A stretch of 64,000 nt of DNA from Candidatus Woesearchaeota archaeon (GTDB lineage Archaea > Nanobdellota > Nanobdellia > Pacearchaeales > GW2011-AR1), in NCBI GenBank assembly GCA_964509675.1, contig CAZDXC010000001.1, positions 6,336 through 70,335 of the forward strand, given 5' to 3'. The translations under genes and the position numbers were made by a program. Numbering within the stretch: the first letter of the stretch is position 1; every line of letters begins with the position of its first letter. Shown in pieces: positions 37,476 to 47,593 of this stretch. The notes below the pieces were generated by a model, which did not search any database, was not told the DNA's origin, and saw nothing but the letters and a program-made list of their open reading frames with translations.

Positions 37476-38965
37476 TTTAATCTCTTTTGAATTTCTTTTT
37501 TTAACTCATCAGCAAGAAAAGGCCTGCCATCATACCTTAAAATCTTATTGCTGTCAGGAATGACTGTTTGAATCTTTTCAGCAATTAATCTTCCTAATTG
37601 TCCTGTTGCGTTATTTTCAATCAAAATTACATTTTTGTTTTTCAAATGTTCCTTAATGTCTTTTTGAAAAGGCTGCAGGTACAAAACCTGAATAAAAGAG
37701 CAATCAAGTTCTTTGATAGCATCAAGTATTGCTCCCTTTGTGCTTCCGAAAGATACAATTACATTTCTTGAATTCTCTTTTCCATAAACAAAATATTGTT
37801 CAAAGTTCTCAGCCTCTTTTTCTATATCATTCCCTGTTTTTATTCTTTGAATGACATTTTTCTTTATCTTTTCTGGATTTTCAGTAGCGCTCCCGAATTC
37901 GTCCATTTCATAGCTATTGTATCTTCTTAAAGATGTTGATTTTTTTGATGTAGTTATTATTGGTTTTTCTTCTGATGTGTAAAAACTTTCTGCAAGATGT
38001 TTGTCTGAAAGAATAATTACAGGGATTTTAAATTTCTGTGAGAAGTAAAAAGCCTGACTTGTAAGTTCTTCGCATTCTTTTGGGTTTCCAGGAGAGAGAA
38101 CAATCCTGTTAAATTCTCCATGTCCTGCATTTAGAGCTATGTTTAAATCTCCCTGTCCGATGTAAGTTGCAACCCCTGTACTTGGTCCTGGACGTGAAGC
38201 AAGATAAATTACAAGAGGAACTTCTGCCATTCCGCTTAGAGAAAGAGTTTCTGTCATTAAATCAAATCCTCCCCCGCTGGTTCCAATCATTGACTTTGCT
38301 CCTGTTATGGAGCTTCCAATAGCAGCATTTATTACAGCAATCTCACTTTCTAATTCAAGGACAAGAAAATTGTTCTTAATCTGTTTTTCTGCGAGTTCAG
38401 AGAGAACATTTGTTGCAGGAGTCATTGGATATGCATAATAAACATCCAATCCAGATTTTATCGCTCCTTCTGCCACTCCCTGATTGCCATTCATGTAATA
38501 TAAATTGCTTTTCTTTGGAATAATTTTACATGCAACTTTTTTCTCTTCCTCATAACCTTCTCTTGCTTCTTCAATATTTTCTTCGAATCTTTCTTTTAAT
38601 TCTTTTAGTTCCTCTTCAAGAAATTTGAAATCCAGGCACAGCATTTTGAACAATCTTCCCGCAAAATACATATTACCTTTTCCTTCTCCCGAAATAATAT
38701 TTCCATCTTTTTTCAATTCTTTTTTGTGAATATTGATCGTATTCTCATCTAAGGCAATCACAATGTCTACAACAGATTCATTGCTGTAAACTGGCTTGTC
38801 TGAAAAAGTCAGCACATTAAAATTATGTCCGCCTCTTATTAATGACTGATAATCCCTTGAAACAAAAACGTGATATCCTTTTTTTGTTAATGCTTCTCCT
38901 AAAAGAGTTGAGAGAATATTTACGCCCTGTCCTGCTTTTCCGCCAAAAAGTATTGTTAATCTCAT
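37472..38965 (-). CDS. 2-oxoacid:ferredoxin oxidoreductase alpha subunit (probable start 38965)
   Basis: GGKAGQG, YQSLIRGGHN, YPMTPAT, ESEIA, TSGGGF.LM.E, RPGPSTG. Confidence 0.95.
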   Translation of the reverse strand: MRLTILFGGKAGQGVNILSTLLGEALTKKGYHVFVSRDYQSLIRGGHNFNVLTFSDKPVYSNESVVDIVIALDENTINIHKKELKKDGNIISGEGKGNMYFAGRLFKMLCLDFKFLEEELKELKERFEENIEEAREGYEEEKKVACKIIPKKSNLYYMNGNQGVAEGAIKSGLDVYYAYPMTPATNVLSELAEKQIKNNFLVLELESEIAVINAAIGSSITGAKSMIGTSGGGFDLMTETLSLSGMAEVPLVIYLASRPGPSTGVATYIGQGDLNIALNAGHGEFNRIVLSPGNPKECEELTSQAFYFSQKFKIPVIILSDKHLAESFYTSEEKPIITTSKKSTSLRRYNSYEMDEFGSATENPEKIKKNVIQRIKTGNDIEKEAENFEQYFVYGKENSRNVIVSFGSTKGAILDAIKELDCSFIQVLYLQPFQKDIKEHLKNKNVILIENNATGQLGRLIAEKIQTVIPDSNKILRYDGRPFLADELKKEIQKRLK

Positions 38966-39067
38966 TTTATTTTCTCTAAAACAATCAATTTTATATATCC
39001 TTTTATTCATTCACCATTATAAACTTTTTTGAGGACAAATATATAAAATGATTAAAAAGGAGTTAGA

Positions 39068-40234
39068 GTGGTAAGATTTGCTCATATTTCAGACGTGCAT
39101 CTTGGGGGGTGGAAGCAACAACCATTGCAGGACCTTAATTTCGCATCTTTCAGAATGGCCTTTGATATTTGTATAAATAAAAAACTGGATTTTGTTCTTA
39201 TCTCAGGAGATTTGTTTGATTCTGCGTATCCTTCCATAGAAATTTTGAAAGAAACTTTTTTTGAATTCAAAAGACTAAAAGAATCAAAAATTCCATGTTT
39301 TATAATAGCAGGAAGTCATGATTATTCTATTTCAGGAAAAACTTTTTTGGATGTTTTGGAAAAGGCAGGCTTTTGCAAAAATGTTGCAAATATAGAGGAA
39401 ACAAAAGAAAAAATAATTTTAAATCCTATAATTTATGAAAACGTTGCAATATATGGTTATCCTGGAAAAAAATCAGGGTTGGAAATCCCTGAATTGAGAA
39501 AAATAAAGCTTAATGACTGCCCTGGCTTGTTTAAAATATTCATGCTTCATACTACAATAGACAAAGCAAAAGGAACTCTCCCGATAGACTCTCTGGAAAT
39601 TGAATGTTTGCCAAAAGCAGATTACTATGCCCTTGGACATTTGCATATGGATTTTCAATATCAAAATTTTGTTTATCCTGGACCGATATTTCCAAATAAT
39701 TTTCAGGAACTTGAGGATTTGCAGCATGGCAGTTTTTATATAGTAGATACAGAAGCAGAAAAAACTCTTCAAAAAATAGAATTGAAAATAAAAGAAACAG
39801 TTTTACTTGACATAAAAATAAAAAATGCATTAGATGCAACATCACAGATAATCTCGGAAATAGAAAAACAGGATGTTGAGGATAAGATAATTCTTCTTAG
39901 AATTGGAGGAGAATTAGAAACAGGGAATAATTCTGACATAAAATTTTCTCAGATAGAAGAATTGGTTAAAAGAAAAAGGGCTTATTTTTTTCTTAAAAAT
40001 ACTCATGAATTAAAAACAAAAGAAATTGAAATGGAAATTGAAGTCAGAAATATAGATAATATAGAAGAAGAATCAATTAAGATTTATTCAGAACAAAACC
40101 CGAATTTTTCTGATTTTAATTCCCTGATACCTCAACTTATTAATTCTCTTTCAATTGACAAGCAGGAAGGGGAAAAAATAGAGAGTTTTACAAATCGCTT
40201 GATGGAAGAATCTAAAAAAATATTGAAATTTTAA
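39068..40234 (+). CDS. mre11: Mre11 nuclease
   Basis: FAHISDVHLG, SGDLFD, GSHD, MLH, YALGHLH, YPG. Confidence 0.93.
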   Translation: MVRFAHISDVHLGGWKQQPLQDLNFASFRMAFDICINKKLDFVLISGDLFDSAYPSIEILKETFFEFKRLKESKIPCFIIAGSHDYSISGKTFLDVLEKAGFCKNVANIEETKEKIILNPIIYENVAIYGYPGKKSGLEIPELRKIKLNDCPGLFKIFMLHTTIDKAKGTLPIDSLEIECLPKADYYALGHLHMDFQYQNFVYPGPIFPNNFQELEDLQHGSFYIVDTEAEKTLQKIELKIKETVLLDIKIKNALDATSQIISEIEKQDVEDKIILLRIGGELETGNNSDIKFSQIEELVKRKRAYFFLKNTHELKTKEIEMEIEVRNIDNIEEESIKIYSEQNPNFSDFNSLIPQLINSLSIDKQEGEKIESFTNRLMEESKKILKF

Positions 40235-40249
40235 CCTAATAGTATTATA

Positions 40250-42313
40250 ATGAAAATAGAAAAAATAATCCTTGATAATATAAGAAGTTACGAACATCAG
40301 GAAGTAAATTTTTCAGAAGGTTCTACCTTGCTCTCTGGAGATATTGGCTCAGGAAAAACGAGTATTCTTCTAGCAATAGAATTTGCTCTTTTTGGATTGC
40401 AGCCAGGACAAAGAGGTTCTGCTCTTTTAAAGAATGGAAAAAAGGAAGGGAAAGTTAGACTGGAGTTTGAAGTTGATAACAACAAGGTAATAATAGAAAG
40501 AACATTGAAAAAGGGAAAGACAGTCTCTCAGGATTACTGTTCGATAATAATAAACAACGAAAAAAGAGAGATGGCCGTTACAGAATTAAAAGGAAAAATT
40601 CTTGAACTTTTGAATTATCCAATGGAATTTGCAAAGAAACAGAATATTCTCTATAAATTTACTGTCTATACACCCCAGGAGGAAATGAAACAAATAATAT
40701 TACAAGATGCAGAGACAAGGATAAATACCTTAAGGCATGTTTTTGGAATAGATAAATACAAAAAAATTCTTGAAAATGTTTCAATACTTACAACAAAATT
40801 AAGAGAAGAAAAAAGAATGAAAGAGGGAATGACTTCCAATCTTGAGGCTGATAAATTAAATCTAATTTCCAAGATAAATGAACTGGAATCAAAACAACAA
40901 AATCTTTTATCAATTGAAAAAGAACTCTTTGCAAAAATGGAGATAAGAAAAAAAATTCAGGAAGAAAAAGAAAAGATTGAAGAAAAAATAGAGGAAAGAA
41001 CTAAACTTCAGAGCGAAATTGAAAAAACAAAAATAATGATGCTTAATAAGAATGAAACAATTTTTAATAACTCAAAAACAATAGAACAGCTAAAAAAACA
41101 ATTTGAAGAGATTCAGAAAATAAAATTTGATGATGAAAAATTAAAACAAACTGAACACATCATTTCAACAAATAAAAAAGAAAAAGACAAACTGAATAAA
41201 ATAAATCTTGATATTAGTTCTAAGATAAACTCTCTTATTTTAAAGATTGAAGATAATAAAAAAACAGAGAAAAAAATATCAAATATAGAAGTTTGTCCTA
41301 CATGTCTTCAGAATATTGATGCAGTATACAGGGCAAATGTTTTGAATAAAATACATTCAGATGATGTTGATACTAACAAGCAGTTGCAGAATTTAGAAAC
41401 AGAGAAAAAGAAGATAGAATTTAATCTGAACAACATTGAACTGGAAATTTCATCAAATGAAAAAAAACTCACTGATCTGAAAATTCTCAAAATGAAACTT
41501 CAGGATGCCAATGAAAAACAAAATCAAATTAAGGAAATAGAAAAATCCAATATTTTTCTTGAGAAAGATGTTCAATTATTGAAACAGCATATAGACTTGC
41601 TAACTACTTCTGTTTTGAATCTTACAAGGTTTGTCAATATTCTTGAAACAAAAAAGATGGAACTTGATGAGGCTCTAAAACAAGAAAGACTTGCAGACAT
41701 TAGAGTGGCAGAATTGAAAAAAGAAATAGAAGTTTTTTCTGTTCAGATAGAAGAATTAAAATTGAAAATTGAAAAAACTGAAAAAATAAAATCACAATTG
41801 AATTATCTTACAGAACTGGAGAATTGGCTTTCAAAACAATTTACTTCTCTGATTTCTTTTATTGAAAAAAACGTGATGATAAAACTAAAGACAGAATTTT
41901 CAAAACTTTTTGCAGAATGGTTTTATATGCTCGTTTCTGACAATTTCAATGTTCTTTTGAGTGATGATTTCACTCCCATAATCGAACAGCAGGATTATGA
42001 AATTGATTATGCCTATTTGTCGGGAGGAGAAAGAACAGCAATTGCTTTGGCATATCGCCTTGCCCTTAATCAGGTGATTAATTCCATGTTAAGCAAGATA
42101 AAAACAAGAGATTTGGTTATCTTGGATGAACCAACAGATGGTTTTAGCGAACAGCAATTGGACAAAATGCGAGATGTTCTTCAGCAGCTGAATGTTAAAC
42201 AGCTAATTATTGTTTCTCATGAGCAAAAAATGGAAAATTTTGTAGAAAATGTAATTAAATTTAGGAAGATTGCAGGAATAACAAATATAGAAGGTAACCT
42301 TTCTGCTTCCTAA
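40250..42313 (+). CDS. rad50: Rad50 ATPase
   Basis: Walker A GDIGSGKT, Zn-hook CPTC, LSGGE, LDEPT, VSH. Confidence 0.93.
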   Translation: MKIEKIILDNIRSYEHQEVNFSEGSTLLSGDIGSGKTSILLAIEFALFGLQPGQRGSALLKNGKKEGKVRLEFEVDNNKVIIERTLKKGKTVSQDYCSIIINNEKREMAVTELKGKILELLNYPMEFAKKQNILYKFTVYTPQEEMKQIILQDAETRINTLRHVFGIDKYKKILENVSILTTKLREEKRMKEGMTSNLEADKLNLISKINELESKQQNLLSIEKELFAKMEIRKKIQEEKEKIEEKIEERTKLQSEIEKTKIMMLNKNETIFNNSKTIEQLKKQFEEIQKIKFDDEKLKQTEHIISTNKKEKDKLNKINLDISSKINSLILKIEDNKKTEKKISNIEVCPTCLQNIDAVYRANVLNKIHSDDVDTNKQLQNLETEKKKIEFNLNNIELEISSNEKKLTDLKILKMKLQDANEKQNQIKEIEKSNIFLEKDVQLLKQHIDLLTTSVLNLTRFVNILETKKMELDEALKQERLADIRVAELKKEIEVFSVQIEELKLKIEKTEKIKSQLNYLTELENWLSKQFTSLISFIEKNVMIKLKTEFSKLFAEWFYMLVSDNFNVLLSDDFTPIIEQQDYEIDYAYLSGGERTAIALAYRLALNQVINSMLSKIKTRDLVILDEPTDGFSEQQLDKMRDVLQQLNVKQLIIVSHEQKMENFVENVIKFRKIAGITNIEGNLSAS

Positions 42314-42345
42314 AATCTTAAATATTTCTTTTTCTTTAGATTATT

Positions 42346-42660
42346 ATGGGTTTAGGCAGATTTTTTAAAAATGATTCTAAAACTTTAGAAGGACTGCCTG
42401 TGCTGACAGAAGAAACACGACTGGCATTCACAAAAGAATTGGAAAGAGAAGTTGTTATGAGAAAGTGTCCTGCTTCAATATTGGATGAATGGACTGAAGA
42501 AGTAGGAAAAGAAAATCCAGAAGTTATTAAGTATATTATGCATGTTGTTTATAATTACCCTCCAGAAATACAGGGAATGAGTATCGCATCTCTCCTTTCC
42601 TTATATCGTCTTCTCAAATCACAATATATCAATTATCAAATTTTAAAATATTTTAGATAA
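42346..42660 (+). CDS. hypothetical protein
   Basis: 104-aa ORF. Confidence 0.55.
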   Translation: MGLGRFFKNDSKTLEGLPVLTEETRLAFTKELEREVVMRKCPASILDEWTEEVGKENPEVIKYIMHVVYNYPPEIQGMSIASLLSLYRLLKSQYINYQILKYFR

Positions 42661-43818
42661 TTATTTTTTCTTTTTTATATTCCCCATCATTCTTTCCCTT
42701 TGCCTTTCTTCTGCTCTTTCTCTCTTTCGTCTTTCTTCTGTGCTTAAACTTTGCCTTACTTCTTCTCTTTTTTTAGATTTTCTTTTGTGTTCTCTACGTT
42801 TTTTAATCTTTTTTATTTTATGTTTTGCATATTTTGGCCTTCTGTGTTTTTTTAGATATTTCATGCGTCTTGCTCTCGCTTTTTCAATTCTCACTCTTCT
42901 TGCGTATTCTTTTCTTCTCTTTAAATTTAAAAGATATCTTCTTCTTTCTTCTCTTTTCCTTTCTTTTGCCCCTTTCCTTGCTGCTTTTCTGTATATTTTA
43001 TTTCTTTTTTTCTCCTCATGTTTCCTCTTTTTTCTTTCTTTTTTATATTTATGTTTGGTTTTCTTTCTGAACATAAGACTGATTAATTTTATTAAAACAA
43101 ATAAAACTATAATTCCTATTATTCCCATTGGCAGAAATGAAACTGCCTGCCTCAAGAGAATAGTATAATCATCTTTGACAATTTCAAAAGAATCTTCTGC
43201 TGTTGCTGTTTTGTCAACATCATATGTTATCTGAACAAAAACTTTGTACTTCCCAAGTTCTAATTTATCAGGAAGAATAAGATTAATCCTAAACTCATCT
43301 TTTTCTCCAATGGCTCTTGTTTCTTTTTTCTCAGTGATTAATTTGTTCTCTTCATTCAACACAATGTAATCAAAAGCCACATCTATTTTGCTTTTATTTC
43401 CAACATTGGTTAATTTTACATCAAATTCAATATTTTCTCCTTTGAGAATCCATTTTGACTGAAGAGGAATGTTTACAAAAATGTCAAATAAAGGTTCTCT
43501 TGGGAGAATAACTCCAGGAGTGCAGGTTCTGTTTAAATCAGGCATGCCTGCTGTTCCACCGCAAGTTCCTTTGTTAACACACACTCTTTTTTGGATTCCT
43601 TCACTGGGACAGGGAGAAGGATACCATTCAGAACACAACCAATCATAAATACAACCTCCGCTTGGCAGTACCACAGAACCACTCCCATATGTTCCTCTTC
43701 CATATAATCCGCTTCCATATGTTCCTGAACTATATGTGGTGGCGGAAGAAAAATTAGCAAAAATTAAAATGACTAAAAAGGCAAAAAATATTAAGAACCC
43801 ATATTTTCTGATTTTCAT
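42661..43818 (-). CDS. secreted/membrane protein with Cys-rich and Ig-like domains and a very basic cytoplasmic tail
   Basis: ATG 43818 follows the upstream stop. Signal peptide, YGSG repeats, C..DW.CSEW...C...QKR.C motif, TM, then about 130 aa rich in K/R/E/H. Confidence 0.75.
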   Translation of the reverse strand: MKIRKYGFLIFFAFLVILIFANFSSATTYSSGTYGSGLYGRGTYGSGSVVLPSGGCIYDWLCSEWYPSPCPSEGIQKRVCVNKGTCGGTAGMPDLNRTCTPGVILPREPLFDIFVNIPLQSKWILKGENIEFDVKLTNVGNKSKIDVAFDYIVLNEENKLITEKKETRAIGEKDEFRINLILPDKLELGKYKVFVQITYDVDKTATAEDSFEIVKDDYTILLRQAVSFLPMGIIGIIVLFVLIKLISLMFRKKTKHKYKKERKKRKHEEKKRNKIYRKAARKGAKERKREERRRYLLNLKRRKEYARRVRIEKARARRMKYLKKHRRPKYAKHKIKKIKKRREHKRKSKKREEVRQSLSTEERRKRERAEERQRERMMGNIKKKK

Positions 43819-43819
43819 T

Positions 43820-46800
43820 TTAATACAAGGCATTCCAATCAGTGCTGTTGCATCCATAATGCTTGTGAGTTGAATTTGAATAATATATTGCCCCCTCTTT
43901 TGCAGCATTGCAAGTAATGGCAGTTGTGTTTGATGCCAATATAATGCTTCCTGAAGTATCTATTGTTAATCTTTTTGTTGGAGTGTATGTAACATTTGCA
44001 GTAAGCCCAGTATTAGTGTAAAATTCAATTCCATTGTAAAATTTAGCAAATGAAGCAGTAGTTCCTGTTGCTACAAATGTTCCAGCAATAGCACCATGCA
44101 AACCTGCTCCTACTGCTCCTCTTGTCGAAGCATCTGCTGTAAGCCAGAGTCCCCCAGCAATATTCTCATCGTCAATTAATGTGAGTCCAAAATTATTATT
44201 TACAATAAGTGCCGGTAAATAACGTCCAGTAATTCTTTGAATTATAAAACCTAATTGCCCTGGGACAGCATTCTGATAAGTTTTCCAGAGCATACCCTCT
44301 TGAGGGTCATCTCTCTTTGTGCTTTTACTACTATCTACAATATCAGCTGCTAGATAAGAATATTTGGTTCCTATTAGTTGTGTTAGTGAAGCATTCGCAG
44401 TTATATTAATTCCTATTTCTGTTCCATCAGAACCAATAACATCAACACCAATTGCCTTGTTTCCATATCCAGATGGAGGTGAAGGAGACAAAGAAGCATT
44501 ACCATCAAATAAAATTGCAGGGTCACATCCTTCAAAACCAGTGGCCATTATTGTATTTGAATATCCTTTCACCCAAACACATACTTGATTTGCAGTGCCG
44601 TCAAATTTTACCCCTATGATTTTAACATTCGCAGTATAATAATCTATATTCACTCCTACATTGCAACCAACAAAACTCCCTCCTACTATTGTTTGTGAAC
44701 TAGCCCTATTGGTTTTAAGACAAGTAGTAGAATTTACGAAGTGGACCTTCTCAACAAGCCCCCAACTTGCATCTCCTCCTGAAACAACATCCCCAGCACC
44801 ATCTACATATAACCCAAGTAATGCATCTCTGAAGGTTACATCTCTGATAGTCCAACGATTCATTAATCTGATTTTTAACAATGTAGCGCTTTTTGTTCCG
44901 GTATTATCTTTAAGATTAATATTTTCGATTATAGGTCCTTGATGTACGAGAGAAGTATTTCCATCAAAAGCAAGCAAAGCCATTCCAGCAGTATCTGCAA
45001 GAAGTGTAACACCCCAACCACCTGATTCTTCGAAAGAAGTTCCTCCTGCTCCGATTAATCTAACGCTTGGTTTGTTTGTTGTGATGTTTGATGTAACTCT
45101 ATATCTTCCTACAGGAAAGAAGATAGTTCCTCCTGCAGTCGGAAGAGAATTTATTGCATTTTGAATTGCAGCAGTATCATCAGTAACTCCATCCCCTTTT
45201 GCTCCATAAGCCCTTACATCAATCCAAACATCAGAACTATTGACTTCCAATCCTTTAGTGCTTATGTTACCTCTTAAATTTAGGTTTCCTGATGAATCAA
45301 GCCTCATTTTTTCATCAGGGGATGCAGTATTTGCCGTGTAGAATACCAAATCTCCCTTGTAAGAACTTAAGCTGTTATTTGTCATTACTCCTGCTATTCC
45401 TGCAATGTTTGCGAAATTAGTATCATCTTTTCTTGAAGAAAAGACTATTTTTGTTCCTTGGTTGCTTGCAGAAGCATAAGTATTTCTAAGTTTTAATATA
45501 TCATAAATTCCTGCTCCCCAAACACCAACATCAACTTGTGTATCTGTAATAATTGAACCCAAATTCAATCCAAATTTTCCAGTGCTGTCAATTTTAAAAG
45601 CATTTATAGTAGGAGATACCATCTGAATCCAAAAATTTCCACTACCATCAGAAGCCAATTTCCAGTTCCTTGCTCCTGTTCTGTTAAGATAAATCGTTGC
45701 TGCAGTAGGACTTACAATTTCAATATCTCCTTGTGGTGCTGCGGTTCCAATTCCAATATACCCTGTTGAGTCATTTACAACAAATGCATTTGCATCTCCT
45801 GTTGTATTAATGTGGAATTTTCCTGATGGAGAGGTTGTTCCGATTCCAACATCCCCCCATACATATAATTTGCTAATTAAAGAGATTAATTGATTATTGC
45901 CTCCAGGTGTTCCGCTCACAAAAGGAGCAAAAATAAAAAAAGGATGCTGCTTTCCTTGAATAGGTCCTGGAGTTATAGAGTTATTAATCATCATTGCAGA
46001 ACCAGGATTAATATTGCTCCCAACAACTGTAAATTGATTGCTTGCTGGAACTGAACGGATAAAACTAATATTTTCCACACCAGTACCAGGAGCAACTAAT
46101 ATATTATCCAAAAGAATTTGGTATTGTATGTAATCTGAAATACTTGGATTAACTCCTAATAAAACTAAAGTATTATTGTCACCGCTTAAATTGGAATTGA
46201 CTTCAAGCCTTGCATTTGAAATTCCAAATTTAGTGACTTGATTGTTGGAAGCATTAAAACCATCCATTAATACAAGCCCATCTGCATTTCCCGTTCCTCC
46301 AGTATCATAAGTAAATTTGTCTAACTGATATACTCCTCCGTAAGAACTATTTACATAAAGAAAATATCCTCCAATAGAATCTGCACGAAAATCATACATA
46401 TAGAAATTGGTGGCTCCTTTTAACAATCTGATAGCATCTCCGTTAGTGTTTGCAAACTGGCATTTCCAGCAGACTGTTCCATAATCTACCCTGTCAGGAA
46501 ATTCTATGAGAGTTTTTGGATTGGCAGTTCCGCTTCCCCTAAAAACTAATCTGCTGGCGTCAGTTATGTGCCAATTATCACTTATTTCTTCAGCAATAAA
46601 CATGGTTCCATTTTCTGCTCCCCCCCATTTAAGTTCAGGATATCTTCCTGCTACCAAAGCACCGCCCTGGTCCCCTTCAAGTCTTACTCCGTGTTTCCAT
46701 GTAATAGTGGAAGTAATTATGTAAGTTCCATGAGGAAAAAATACAGTTCCTCCGCCCTTAGAATCTGCATAATCTATTGCCGCTTGGATAGCAGAAGTAT

Positions 46801-47056
46801 CATCAGTAGCCCCATCTCCGGTAGCTCCAAATGCTCTAACATCAACCCAAGGGCCTTTAGTTGTTAAATCAGTGGCAGTTATATTCGTGTGTTGTCCTGT
46901 TGAATTGTGTTCTGTTTGCAAATATGAATTTAGAATATCCCCCCATGTATCCTTGTCTCCTCCTGGAGTTGGAAGAGAACCTGCTTTTGGTAAACCAATA
47001 ATAAAAACAGCAAAAAATATACTGACTGCAATTAAAAAAACTACCCCCCTTTTCAT
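43820..47056 (-). CDS. 1078-aa secreted protein with two pectate-lyase-3-like beta-helix modules and tail-fibre-like repeats
   Basis: Two copies of W.DVRA.GA.GDG.TDDT.AIQ.AI...GGT.FFP.G.Y; GIGTTSP/GIGTAAP repeats; N-terminal LPTPGGDKDTWGDILN. Confidence 0.85.
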   Translation of the reverse strand: MKRGVVFLIAVSIFFAVFIIGLPKAGSLPTPGGDKDTWGDILNSYLQTEHNSTGQHTNITATDLTTKGPWVDVRAFGATGDGATDDTSAIQAAIDYADSKGGGTVFFPHGTYIITSTITWKHGVRLEGDQGGALVAGRYPELKWGGAENGTMFIAEEISDNWHITDASRLVFRGSGTANPKTLIEFPDRVDYGTVCWKCQFANTNGDAIRLLKGATNFYMYDFRADSIGGYFLYVNSSYGGVYQLDKFTYDTGGTGNADGLVLMDGFNASNNQVTKFGISNARLEVNSNLSGDNNTLVLLGVNPSISDYIQYQILLDNILVAPGTGVENISFIRSVPASNQFTVVGSNINPGSAMMINNSITPGPIQGKQHPFFIFAPFVSGTPGGNNQLISLISKLYVWGDVGIGTTSPSGKFHINTTGDANAFVVNDSTGYIGIGTAAPQGDIEIVSPTAATIYLNRTGARNWKLASDGSGNFWIQMVSPTINAFKIDSTGKFGLNLGSIITDTQVDVGVWGAGIYDILKLRNTYASASNQGTKIVFSSRKDDTNFANIAGIAGVMTNNSLSSYKGDLVFYTANTASPDEKMRLDSSGNLNLRGNISTKGLEVNSSDVWIDVRAYGAKGDGVTDDTAAIQNAINSLPTAGGTIFFPVGRYRVTSNITTNKPSVRLIGAGGTSFEESGGWGVTLLADTAGMALLAFDGNTSLVHQGPIIENINLKDNTGTKSATLLKIRLMNRWTIRDVTFRDALLGLYVDGAGDVVSGGDASWGLVEKVHFVNSTTCLKTNRASSQTIVGGSFVGCNVGVNIDYYTANVKIIGVKFDGTANQVCVWVKGYSNTIMATGFEGCDPAILFDGNASLSPSPPSGYGNKAIGVDVIGSDGTEIGINITANASLTQLIGTKYSYLAADIVDSSKSTKRDDPQEGMLWKTYQNAVPGQLGFIIQRITGRYLPALIVNNNFGLTLIDDENIAGGLWLTADASTRGAVGAGLHGAIAGTFVATGTTASFAKFYNGIEFYTNTGLTANVTYTPTKRLTIDTSGSIILASNTTAITCNAAKEGAIYYSNSTHKHYGCNSTDWNALY

Positions 47057-47197
47057 TATAATTTTATAGATTGCGTTTATTTAAATTTTTTGTTTGAAGT
47101 TTTGATAAAAAATTAATATTTAGACATCATCCATGAGATTGTCAAACCATAGGGAGTTATCATAAAAATTGATTCTCTTGTCAAATGCTGGGAGTTA

Positions 47198-47593
47198 TTA
47201 ATGAAAAATCAAATTTAAGATAATTCCTTCAACAACGAAAAAGAGAGTAGCCCCACCAAAAAGGATTAATATCTTTGTAAATTTGTTCATTTCCAAACTA
47301 TATCTTTTTATTTCTTCACTATGATTGAGATTAATCATAGAAATAGCCAAATCTACCCCTCTTTTTGCGAGACGATACCATCTCTGTTTTTTTTCATCAT
47401 CATTTATTGGGAGTTTTTCAATTTGGCTTTTTGGGATTAATTCAAAAATATCTTGAGCAATTAATAAATCAAGAATATATCTTCTACCTTCAAAATAAGC
47501 CTCAAGTTTTCCATAAACAATTCCATCTGGATAATAGTCTTTAATATCTATCAAAGCCTTCTTTAATTTTTCAAACGAAGTTTCTTCTGTCAT
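47198..47593 (-). CDS. hypothetical protein with C-terminal TM (transposon cargo)
   Basis: 131 aa, overlaps the transposase stop. Confidence 0.65.
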   Translation of the reverse strand: MTEETSFEKLKKALIDIKDYYPDGIVYGKLEAYFEGRRYILDLLIAQDIFELIPKSQIEKLPINDDEKKQRWYRLAKRGVDLAISMINLNHSEEIKRYSLEMNKFTKILILFGGATLFFVVEGIILNLIFH

